Below are positions 10,401-17,656 of a DNA stretch of 64,000 nucleotides, piece after piece (position 1 is the stretch's first letter; each line of letters starts with the position of its first letter). The DNA is from an uncultured Candidatus Saccharibacteria bacterium (GTDB taxonomy: Bacteria; Patescibacteriota; Saccharimonadia; Saccharimonadales; UBA4665), in contig CAYHMQ010000003.1 in the NCBI GenBank assembly GCA_964357905.1, positions 26,855 through 90,854 of the forward strand, read 5' to 3'. The notes under the pieces were generated by a model. It was not told the DNA's origin. It did no database searches and saw only the letters and a program-made list of their open reading frames with translations. Made by a program: the position numbers and the translations under genes.

Positions 10401-11024
10401 CTCTTTCATGCGAGCTTCGGTGACACCGAGAGCACGTAGCAAAGTAGTAACGGCTAGCTTTCGCTTACGGTCAATCTTAACGAAGAGAGCGCCGTTGGCA
10501 GCCGTCTCAAACTCTAGCCACGCACCACGGCCTGGGATAACCTTGGCACCATATAGGCTAGTTGCGCCATGCGGATCAGACGTAAAGAAAACGCCAGCTG
10601 AGCGGATCAGCTGGCTAACGACGACGCGCTCGGCACCGTTAATCACAAAAGTACCGCGGGCAGTCATCCAAGGATAGTCACCGAGATAGATCTCTTGCTC
10701 TTTGACTTCGCCAGTAACCTTATTAGTCAGTTCAACCTGAGCCATCAGGGGAGCTTCGTAGCTAACGTTGTTCTCACGAGCTTCAGCCTCGGATAACTTG
10801 GTCGGGCCGAAGTGATAATCCTTAAAGCGAAGTGATAACTTACCGCCGGTGTAGTCGTCGATCGGGCTGATTTCGGCCAAAAGCTCGCCCAAACCTTCTT
10901 CTACAAACCATTGGAAGGACTTGTTCTGATGGTCTACCAAGCTTGGAAGCTGGATAGCGTCATCTGTCTTAGTAAAATATTGTCGTTGTGTCTTAGCCTT
11001 AGTAGTAACCGGTGCTTTCGCCAT
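7425..11024 (-). CDS. rpoB: DNA-directed RNA polymerase subunit beta, with a 94-aa acidic C-terminal tail
   Basis: Full-length beta subunit with motifs such as GDKLGGRHGNKGV and NPLGVPSRMN. The tracked start at 11030 is TTG. The ATG two codons later (11024, MAKAPV) is the likelier start. Confidence 0.96.
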   Translation of the reverse strand: MAKAPVTTKAKTQRQYFTKTDDAIQLPSLVDHQNKSFQWFVEEGLGELLAEISPIDDYTGGKLSLRFKDYHFGPTKLSEAEARENNVSYEAPLMAQVELTNKVTGEVKEQEIYLGDYPWMTARGTFVINGAERVVVSQLIRSAGVFFTSDPHGATSLYGAKVIPGRGAWLEFETAANGALFVKIDRKRKLAVTTLLRALGVTEARMKETFKHVDTGERSYLEATLEKDPTKGQNDALIEVYRRLRPGDLATVDNAKSLIENMFYNYKRFDFSRVGRYKINKRLDLDIPNTLENRVLRLEDIEAIIAELMRLNNTQDPADDIDSLANRRVKLVGELVQRQFRIGLLRMERNTKDRMSMSEIETVTPGQLINARPIVAAVREFFASSQLSQFMDQINPLSELAHKRRLSSMGPGGLSRERAGFEVRDAHATHYGRICAVETPEGANIGLVLNLANYARVNDYGFIETPYRKVINAATPKDIVGHLAAQDLTDDKGKVLVKAGAKISAADAKKLAKVTSKVTWPVKAKATNDIIYLDAYEEESAVIAGGGSELDANDYFLHERVSARSRLQPGEVDANDVTHLDASRDQIIGSSAGLIPFIEKNYVYRSLMGSNQQRQAVPLIQPASPIVGTGLELEAARNTGQVILAEAAGEVTKATAQEVVVKYKEGNIKYEPQRFIRSNEGTSVNQKVVVNTGDKVKKGDVLIEGMSIADGELALGKDLVVAFMPWGGYNFEDAIIISRKLVEDDTLTSVHIVDFMIEVRETKLGPEIVTSDIPNVSEETLRHLDEDGIVRIGAEVHPGDILVGKITPKGEQELSSEERLLRAIFGEKAKEVRDTSQRMSNGKHGKVVGVKVFSRENGHELKAGVIMQIQVFVAQMRKIAVGDKLGGRHGNKGVIARILPVEDMPFMEDGTPVEIVLNPLGVPSRMNVGQLFETHLGMAARALGIKVASPSFNGAPVDKIHSLLKEAGLPEDGKQQLFDGRTGQPFSERTTVGSMYMIKLNHMVADKIHARSTGPYTMVTQQPLGGKAQNGGQRFGEMEVWALEAYGAANTLQEMLTIKSDDVYGRSKAYESIIKKTQIVGPKVPESFNVLVKELQGLGLKVDLVHSDTVVDAEAVLASNIQDEAAHPAEVEVPQAAISDIDVTEESSGDEDFSIVTVDDSGSADAQANADDLALVSSDGSNRSDGDDAVADTDEGGEV

Positions 11025-11265
11025 AAGCAATGCTGTCCCCTATTTATAATGATGTTTTTTGTGAAACAGGCAGCAAGCCCGCTAGTTTCTTTGCTCAAAT
11101 GTTTGTTTAATTTTGATTCGGCCGAAGATCCTAAGTTGAAACAGTTTTGGCTTAAATAAATCATAAGCGTCCCAACTTACACTACTTCTTAGGGTACCAT
11201 TGTGAGGCAAACTCATGCACATGTCAAATGTATTTTGACTGACCAAGCGAAGTATGAACCTATAC

Positions 11266-11293
11266 TTGATTTTTTTACTATTTATGTTAATGT
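11266..11293 (+). promoter_or_regulatory. candidate promoter (TTGATT-16-TAATGT) ending 7 nt before the ATG at 11301
   Basis: Hexamers read directly. No SD lies between the -10 and the ATG. Confidence 0.4.
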
Positions 11294-11300
11294 TACATAA

Positions 11301-12416
11301 ATGTACGAATTCTCGTCTGAAGCCCCGATCCAGATGCGTGAGCAGCGCTATAGCCGCCTCTTTGACGGCGAATTAATGTACATTAACCCAAGTCAGGCTC
11401 AGGTGGACCTAGGTATGAGCGCTCTTGCTAGAACTACTAATCGCGCTGGTGCGCGTCCGCCAGAATTAAGCGAACACCTGGAGACACTGCCACTAATCAT
11501 TGATAATATTTTAGAGAGGCATGACCTTGATGCTTTTGGCTGGCCTCCCTACGAATTGGATGGCGGCTCCGCAAATGCACTCTTCGGTTTTGTAAGTCCA
11601 GAGGGTCAGGAAATTGTTACTGGCATCGTAGCCGATATATTTAGACAGTGGGAAATTACTCGAAGTCGTCATGGTTTACAGCCATTAGCAACTGAGGGCG
11701 ATAGTGATGCGCGCTGGCTGGTAGTTGAAACAGCCGCTGCCGTTATGTATTGTGCGGCCAATTCATCAAACTTCAACTTGATTAAGAACCGTTCTGACAG
11801 AGAGAGTATAGCAAAGATCATAACTTGCTGGGGGCCTAAGTTCGCCGAAAAGTGGTTCGATGGCACCATATTGAGTAACTGGGCAGCTCAAAATAACATG
11901 ACAGAAGAAGAACTTGAACATTGGCGCGCAACTTTTAGCCCATCGACCCTCAAACATCTTGCCGACACTAACACGAGCGACCCATTGGGTGCGCTGGAAA
12001 AAATTAAGCACCATCTCGAAGTCACCTTAACCGACCAAAATATTGCCAAACATTTGGGCTGGAGCCGGACTCAAGTGTCAGAGACATTTAGCGCCAGCGA
12101 AAGAATGAAGTTTGCAGTACACAATCGAGCCAACCCGATAGGCGCCCTCAAACAAGTCAAGGATCACTTAGAAATGACCCTCACGGATGAGAGTTTAGCT
12201 CAATACCTGGGTTGGGAAGAGGCTAAGGTCAGGCAAGTTTTTACAGCTTACACTCGTAAATGCTTGGCAATCTCATACCGTAACGATCCTCTGAGTGCCT
12301 GCAAAGCCTGGGCGAGTGGCAAAATTAAGATAACTGCTACAAACGATTCGACGCGGGACAACAAGCTGTCGGGCAACGGTTATACCAAATTAGACGATTA
12401 TATGGTTGCGGTCTAG
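11301..12416 (+). CDS. hypothetical protein with tandem 51-aa helix-turn-helix-like repeats
   Basis: 371-aa ORF in a divergent orientation to rpoB. The C-terminal half carries two full repeats and one partial repeat. No family recognised. Confidence 0.7.
   Translation: MYEFSSEAPIQMREQRYSRLFDGELMYINPSQAQVDLGMSALARTTNRAGARPPELSEHLETLPLIIDNILERHDLDAFGWPPYELDGGSANALFGFVSPEGQEIVTGIVADIFRQWEITRSRHGLQPLATEGDSDARWLVVETAAAVMYCAANSSNFNLIKNRSDRESIAKIITCWGPKFAEKWFDGTILSNWAAQNNMTEEELEHWRATFSPSTLKHLADTNTSDPLGALEKIKHHLEVTLTDQNIAKHLGWSRTQVSETFSASERMKFAVHNRANPIGALKQVKDHLEMTLTDESLAQYLGWEEAKVRQVFTAYTRKCLAISYRNDPLSACKAWASGKIKITATNDSTRDNKLSGNGYTKLDDYMVAV
11979..12350 (+). repeat. in-frame 153-nt (51-aa) tandem repeat, two full units plus a partial third
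   Basis: Unit 1 is [37 protein letters not shown] and unit 2 is [37 protein letters not shown]. Unit 3 starts [10 protein letters not shown]. Units start at 11979, 12132 and 12285. Confidence 0.8.
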
Positions 12417-13009
12417 GTCTGCTTGGGCGGGCTGTTGATAACGTCGTCGACAATGCCGTACTTCTTGGCGTCTTCGGCGGTTAGCCACTTGTCACGTTCC
12501 ATGTCTTCATGGATCTTCTTGACCGTTTGGCCGGTGTTTTTGGCCATGATTTCTTCGAGTAGCTTCTTGACTCTTAGGCTTTCGCGCAAATCGATTTCCT
12601 GGTCGGTAACCTTGCCGTGGGTGCCAGATGAGGGTTGGTGAATCATGACTGTCGAGTTAGGCAGCGTAAAGCGCTTGCCCTTGGTGCCACTGCTGAGCAA
12701 GAAGGCGGCGGCGGAAGCTTGTACGCCAATGCCGACCGTCTGGATATCATTGCCGACATACTGCATAGTGTCATAAATGGCCAGGGCGTCATAAACACTG
12801 CCGCCAGGACTATTAATGTAGAAAAAGATATCCTTCTTGGCATCCTCAGCCTGCAAGAACAGCAACTGCGCAACAACTATGTTCGCACTGGCCACGTTGA
12901 CGTCGCTGCCCAGGAAGATAATTCGGTCCTTGAGCAAACGGCTATAGATGTCATAAGCTCGCTCGTAACGGCCTTCGCTCTCGATAACGGTTGGGATTAG
13001 TACACTCAT
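12413..13009 (-). CDS. clpP: ATP-dependent Clp protease proteolytic subunit
   Basis: 198-aa ORF containing YINSPGGSV, the catalytic Ser context [11 protein letters not shown], and MIHQPS. Confidence 0.95.
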   Translation of the reverse strand: MSVLIPTVIESEGRYERAYDIYSRLLKDRIIFLGSDVNVASANIVVAQLLFLQAEDAKKDIFFYINSPGGSVYDALAIYDTMQYVGNDIQTVGIGVQASAAAFLLSSGTKGKRFTLPNSTVMIHQPSSGTHGKVTDQEIDLRESLRVKKLLEEIMAKNTGQTVKKIHEDMERDKWLTAEDAKKYGIVDDVINSPPKQT

Positions 13010-13016
13010 GGGGTTC

Positions 13017-13045
13017 AGTATAAGAAATTAGCACTCTCTAGTCAA
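13017..13045 (-). promoter_or_regulatory. clpP promoter TTGACT-17-TATACT, with the -10 ending 7 nt before the ATG (leaderless type)
   Basis: The minus strand reads TTGACTAGAGAGTGCTAATTTCTTATACTGAACCCCATG. No SD is present. Confidence 0.55.
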
Positions 13046-13054
13046 GAGTGCTAA
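13028..13054 (-). promoter_or_regulatory. CIRCE inverted repeat (HrcA-type operator), perfect match
   Basis: TTAGCACTC-TCTAGTCAA-GAGTGCTAA matches the consensus TTAGCACTC-N9-GAGTGCTAA. The -35 hexamer sits in the 9-nt spacer. The element also overlaps the last codons of the upstream ORF. Confidence 0.8.
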
Positions 13055-13936
13055 AAAGCCGCTTCTAGCGTGCCTGGTTCTGTCTTCTGGACTCATGACC
13101 ATCCGTCTAGAGTACCCGCCATTCATACCAGTAATGAAAGATACGTCGCCGTAACCGGCGTATATTTTACCGGTAGGTATCCACCCGTCGTCCGCAATAC
13201 AGCCCCCGTCGTCCGGCGCAAGAGAGATATCCCACACATAGGTTTTCCTATCAATAACGCCTGTAGTCTCTGGCTCAGGGTTGGTGCTACGCCATCGACT
13301 TGCTAGTACTGCCCCTGCAAATAGGTCTGCCGGCCACACATAAGGATGCTCTTTCCTAACCATGTCGAGAGCTTCAAGTTGGAATACGACTTTGTTTGGA
13401 TCAAAATTTCTCTCGTCCCTCAGCCTTGGCCCCACTCGATTCACATCATACCCTGTTTCCATTGCCACGAAACGGACTGGCCTTTCAGGATGTTCCGAGC
13501 TGAACTGACATAGCAGTCTTGGATCCCATTGTCTGAGGTCTCTCCAAAAATTTCTTTCCATATAACGATATGGTCTTTTTTCTCTTTTGGGACCAGCGTA
13601 ATCCCAAGCCCCTACAACTTCTTCATGGGTCAAATCGTAGTGAGGCACAGCCTGCAGAATCACAGGATCCGCATCTGTTGAGTATAACCCTGCGTTGATG
13701 GCCTCTATTACGCCTTTGCTCTCATCAATCCATTCTTCTGCCATGTCAGGCAACTTACCCTCAGGAACTATTGCGAGTTCACTTCCTTCAGACTCAGAGC
13801 GACCGGCTATGATGTTTTCGGCAATTCCGGTGTATAATCCAGCCGTTTCAGCTTCTATCGTTGATAGGAGCATGTCCTTTGTGACGATAGATTGTTCGCC
13901 GGATGTTCGACTAGGAGACGTTCCAAAACTACCCAT
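13028..13936 (-). CDS. hypothetical protein (orphan)
   Basis: The open frame runs to 13981 (317 aa). The ATG at 13936 (MGSFG..., 302 aa) has TATTAT 7 nt upstream, whereas 13981 has no promoter or SD. No family recognised. Confidence 0.6.
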   Translation of the reverse strand: MGSFGTSPSRTSGEQSIVTKDMLLSTIEAETAGLYTGIAENIIAGRSESEGSELAIVPEGKLPDMAEEWIDESKGVIEAINAGLYSTDADPVILQAVPHYDLTHEEVVGAWDYAGPKREKRPYRYMERNFWRDLRQWDPRLLCQFSSEHPERPVRFVAMETGYDVNRVGPRLRDERNFDPNKVVFQLEALDMVRKEHPYVWPADLFAGAVLASRWRSTNPEPETTGVIDRKTYVWDISLAPDDGGCIADDGWIPTGKIYAGYGDVSFITGMNGGYSRRMVMSPEDRTRHARSGFLALLTREC

Positions 13937-13992
13937 AGCCACAATAATACTGTGCTCGCATGAAATTGCAAAACTAGCCATAGCGCCAAAAA

Positions 13993-14021
13993 TTGATTTC
14001 CCCTCATTACTACGCTAATAT
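13993..14021 (+). promoter_or_regulatory. moeA promoter TTGATT-17-TAATAT, with the -10 ending 9 nt before the ATG
   Basis: Hexamers read directly. No SD is present. Confidence 0.5.
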
Positions 14022-14030
14022 TTGGCATAG

Positions 14031-15233
14031 ATGATCTCAGTAGAAGATGCTGAAAAACTCGTACTATCCCAATCTAGAGATTATGGGGTCGATAATATCC
14101 CGCTTGGCGAAGCGCTAGGTAGAATACTGGCTGAGCCGGTTATTGCCGACAGAGATTTTCCTCCTGCTAACAGAGCCACTATGGACGGGGTGGCTATAAA
14201 TTATCGTAGCTTCTCCAAAGGCCAGCGGATGTTTAGTGTCAAGGCTGTGCAGCCGGCAGGCAACAAGACTGTATCAATTAGTAAACCAGATCAGTGCATC
14301 GAGATAATGACAGGGGCAATACTGGACAACACGGTTGACACAGTCATACGTATTGAGGATGTTGATTTAAGGAATGGTCATGCTCTTATTACCACAGATA
14401 ATATTACGAGGGGTCAGTTTATTCACCGTCGCGGAGTTGACAAAAAACGTGGCGATCAAGTCGCAACTGCAGGCAGCGCTATTACGCCAACAACGATAGC
14501 CGTGTTAGCTAGCGCAGGCTATTCCTCAGTTAAAGTCAGAAAACTTCCTGACATTATCATCATGACCACAGGAGATGAACTTGTTGGGATAGATCAAAAG
14601 CCACGTGATTATCAACTTAGGCGATCCAATGACTGGGCAATAAGGTCAGTACTAGAAAGTTTGATGATAAAAACCGATACTCTGCATTTACCCGACAACG
14701 AGCAAATAATAAGGCAAGCCATCAGCGAATCATTGAAGAAATATGATGTTGTTTTACTTAGTGGCGGCGTATCCAAAGGAAAATACGACTATGTACAATC
14801 ATGTCTGGATAGTTTAGCCGTTAAGAAGATCTTTCACGGCGTCAGCCAGCGACCAGGCAAACCATTTTGGTTTGGTGTTTCCGGCAGCAAACTTGTATTC
14901 GCCTTTCCGGGTAATCCAGTTTCTTCGTTATTGTGTCTTTACCGATATTTTGTGCCTTGGTTAACTAAATCCCTTGGCGAGATGAACAAACAGCAAGTCA
15001 ATGCAATCTTGGACGAGTCTCTGCCGTCTAATGAACTTCTTACTCAGTTTGTGCCGGCAAACTTATCAATTGACGAATTCGGCCAGCTCTGCGCCGCACC
15101 AATCGCCAACAATGGCTCGGGTGATTTCATTAGCCTAGTCAAAGCCGACGCCTTCGTAGAGCTTCCCCCAAGTAAATCCATAAACCAAAAGGGTAGTCCG
15201 TACCGAGCCTGGCCGTTCGAACACATTGCCTAG
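14031..15233 (+). CDS. moeA: molybdopterin molybdenumtransferase
   Basis: 400-aa ORF with MoeA-type motifs TMDGVAI, GGVSKGKYDY and FPGNPVSS. Confidence 0.9.
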   Translation: MISVEDAEKLVLSQSRDYGVDNIPLGEALGRILAEPVIADRDFPPANRATMDGVAINYRSFSKGQRMFSVKAVQPAGNKTVSISKPDQCIEIMTGAILDNTVDTVIRIEDVDLRNGHALITTDNITRGQFIHRRGVDKKRGDQVATAGSAITPTTIAVLASAGYSSVKVRKLPDIIIMTTGDELVGIDQKPRDYQLRRSNDWAIRSVLESLMIKTDTLHLPDNEQIIRQAISESLKKYDVVLLSGGVSKGKYDYVQSCLDSLAVKKIFHGVSQRPGKPFWFGVSGSKLVFAFPGNPVSSLLCLYRYFVPWLTKSLGEMNKQQVNAILDESLPSNELLTQFVPANLSIDEFGQLCAAPIANNGSGDFISLVKADAFVELPPSKSINQKGSPYRAWPFEHIA

Positions 15234-15279
15234 TGTTTTGGACGCGCCTTAATCTTTCGAGCGTACTATAATAATAAGT

Positions 15280-15888
15280 ATGAGTGCCCGCCAAACCAGC
15301 AAGCCCAGTCTTTACGGCTTGGTGCTGGCCGGCGGCAAAAGTCGGCGCCTGGGCCATGACAAAGGCCTGATCGAGTGGCTCGGCAAACCTCAGCGCTACT
15401 ATCTGGCTGACTTGCTGGCTAGACATTGTGACGGCGCATATATTTCCTGTCGACCAGACCAAGTTGGGCAGATCGAACAATACGAGGCAATTTCTGATAT
15501 TTATCCTGATCTCGGCTCGTACGGCGCGTTATTGTCGGCCATGAGCCATTATCCGGATAAAAGTTGGCTGGTGGTAGCCTGCGACATGCCTTTCGTCGAC
15601 GATGACGCGATCGACAATCTCATCAAGCAGCGCGACGCTCAAAAACTGGCAACCGCCTACTTCAACCCCGAAAACGGCTTGCCGGAACCAATGTTGGCTA
15701 TCTGGGAGCCGACGGCCTTTGATAGGCTAGTCAGACTATCTAAGGCTGGACTTGACTGCCCGCGTAAGGCATTGATTAAGTTTGGCGACGAGGCAAACCT
15801 CGTTCGGCCACACCGTGCGGAGACAATTATCAATATTAACACGCCTGCTGATAAGGCGGCGGCCGAGGAAGCGTTGGCAAGCAAATGA
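15280..15888 (+). CDS. mobA: MobA-like molybdenum cofactor nucleotidyltransferase
   Basis: 202-aa ORF with the N-terminal motif LVLAGGKSRRLGHDKGL. TATAAT lies 7 nt upstream of the ATG. Confidence 0.8.
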   Translation: MSARQTSKPSLYGLVLAGGKSRRLGHDKGLIEWLGKPQRYYLADLLARHCDGAYISCRPDQVGQIEQYEAISDIYPDLGSYGALLSAMSHYPDKSWLVVACDMPFVDDDAIDNLIKQRDAQKLATAYFNPENGLPEPMLAIWEPTAFDRLVRLSKAGLDCPRKALIKFGDEANLVRPHRAETIININTPADKAAAEEALASK

Positions 15889-16928
15889 ACATGGCAGAAC
15901 GTTATAGCTGTCAGTTGCCCTTGGACGGATTCGGGTCGGCGGCTCAGCAAAAGTTGTCCAAGGCCAAAGTTCTGATAGTCGGTGTCGGGGGGCTGGGCTG
16001 TCCGGCTGGTCTGTACCTGACAGCTATGGGCATTGGCACTCTGGGCATAGCCGATTTTGACAAAGTCAACAAAAAGAATTTGCATCGGCAGGTGCTCTAC
16101 GGTGATTCCGATGTGGGCGAGCTAAAAGCCAAGGTCGCTTCAAAGCGCCTTGAGCGACAAAACCCTGCCACCAGGGTGATAGCACACACCGAAAAAGTCA
16201 CAGACCAGAACGTCATGGAGCTACTAAGCCAGTACGATGTTGTCATGGATTGTACGGACAATTTCGACACCAGATATCTGCTTAACGACGCTTGCGTGAT
16301 GGCAGGCAAGCCATTGGTCTACGGCGCTATCTTCCAGTACGAGGGTCAAGCTGCCGCCTGGAACGTTAAGAATTCCGACGGATCAATGTCGCCTAACTAT
16401 CGTGATGTATTTCCGTCCGCTGACGATAGCCAAATCCCCAACTGTGCGGATGGTGGCGTTATTCCGACTATTGCAGGCATAATCGGTTGCGTTCAGGCTA
16501 ATGAGGTCATCAAGTACATAGCCGGTATTGATGATTTACTGAGTGGCAAATTATTTATCTTTGATGCTAAAACCATGAACAGTTACATAACCAAGTTGCC
16601 GCATTCCAGTGGGGTCAGTATTAAGTCCTTGCCCGCCCAGCCACAAATCCCCCAAATCCCTGCCAAGGAGCTAAAATCCGCAATCGATAAAAATATCTAC
16701 GAGCTAATCGACGTACGCACACCCGAGGAGCATTCGGCTCGCAATATCGGCGGCAAAAATATTCCTCTCGACAGGCTCGACGAGCGACTGGACGAAGTCG
16801 ACTTCGCGAGACCCGTGGTGTTTTACTGCGCCTCAGGTGCGCGCAGTTCGGCAGCCGTCAAAAGCACCATGACAACGCATCCCGAAGCCACGATGATGTC
16901 GCTGAGCGGCGGAATTAACGCTTGGTAG
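15885..16928 (+). CDS. moeB: MoeB/ThiF-type adenylyltransferase fused to a C-terminal rhodanese domain (MoeZ-like)
   Basis: Contains the nucleotide-binding loop VLIVGVGGLGCP and the C-terminal rhodanese loop FYCASGARS. ATGA overlap with the mobA stop. Confidence 0.88.
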   Translation: MNMAERYSCQLPLDGFGSAAQQKLSKAKVLIVGVGGLGCPAGLYLTAMGIGTLGIADFDKVNKKNLHRQVLYGDSDVGELKAKVASKRLERQNPATRVIAHTEKVTDQNVMELLSQYDVVMDCTDNFDTRYLLNDACVMAGKPLVYGAIFQYEGQAAAWNVKNSDGSMSPNYRDVFPSADDSQIPNCADGGVIPTIAGIIGCVQANEVIKYIAGIDDLLSGKLFIFDAKTMNSYITKLPHSSGVSIKSLPAQPQIPQIPAKELKSAIDKNIYELIDVRTPEEHSARNIGGKNIPLDRLDERLDEVDFARPVVFYCASGARSSAAVKSTMTTHPEATMMSLSGGINAW

Positions 16929-16970
16929 ATTCTTGATGGACGTTTGGCAATATGAGTCAGCCCTTCAGAC

Positions 16971-17390
16971 CTATGGATGAGCTGAAACCCACTCTTCACC
17001 GCCCTCGAAAACTTCTTTTTTCCAGATTGGTACAGTTGTCTTGAGAGTATTGATGACGTACTGGCAGGCCTCTATGGCGTCTCTGCGATGCGAGGCTGAC
17101 ACGGCAATGATAACTGGTATTTCACCGGCGTCCACCTTGCCTTCGCGGTGATGAACTAGTAGTTTGTCTATGTTCCAACTTTTTATGGCGGTGTTAGTGA
17201 TTTTTTCCAGCTCTTTTTGAGCCATGTTGCTATAAACTTCGAACTCAAGGTATCTGACAACCCGCTCATTGGCACTAGGCCGGACACGGCCGATAAATAT
17301 GTTAACGCAACCGCTGTTGCCCGAGGCAGCCCAAGCCATAGCTGCTTTAATATCTAGGTTGTTTTTGGTGATTTGTATGTCCACGGGCAT
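16971..17390 (-). CDS. moaE: molybdopterin synthase catalytic subunit
   Basis: 139-aa ORF containing HHREGKV, IAVSASHRRDA and PIWKKE. GAGG lies 7 nt upstream and the gene is coupled to moaD. Confidence 0.88.
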   Translation of the reverse strand: MPVDIQITKNNLDIKAAMAWAASGNSGCVNIFIGRVRPSANERVVRYLEFEVYSNMAQKELEKITNTAIKSWNIDKLLVHHREGKVDAGEIPVIIAVSASHRRDAIEACQYVINTLKTTVPIWKKEVFEGGEEWVSAHP

Positions 17391-17397
17391 ATTAACC

Positions 17398-17631
17398 TCA
17401 ACCGCCGTTGGTGGGGGGTATTATGGCTATCTCGTCGCGCCGACGGATAATTTGATCGTCTTGGGCGTACTCAGCGTTTATGGCCAGCATGAACTCGGGT
17501 AGTGCCGAGTATTTTGTCTTGAGCATGGCGCGCAAATCGTCGGCAGAAGAACCGTCATCGAGATTCAGCTCGACAGTTCTGTGCCCCAAGATATCCTTGG
17601 CAATTCCAAAGGCCAGTATTTTTACAATCAT
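17398..17631 (-). CDS. moaD: molybdopterin synthase sulfur-carrier subunit (ThiS/MoaD fold)
   Basis: 77 aa counted from the ATG at 17631 (MIVKILAFG...), ending in GG. The longer tracked ORF (start 17700) would overlap the upstream transporter gene. Confidence 0.8.
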   Translation of the reverse strand: MIVKILAFGIAKDILGHRTVELNLDDGSSADDLRAMLKTKYSALPEFMLAINAEYAQDDQIIRRRDEIAIIPPTNGG

Positions 17632-17641
17632 ATCAGCCTGT

Positions 17642-17650
17642 ATTGTAACA
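17642..17650 (-). promoter_or_regulatory. candidate extended -10 promoter (TGTTACAAT) 10 nt upstream of the moaD ATG
   Basis: Read directly in the 25-nt gap after the transporter stop. No SD is present. Confidence 0.4.
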
Positions 17651-17656
17651 CTTGGG

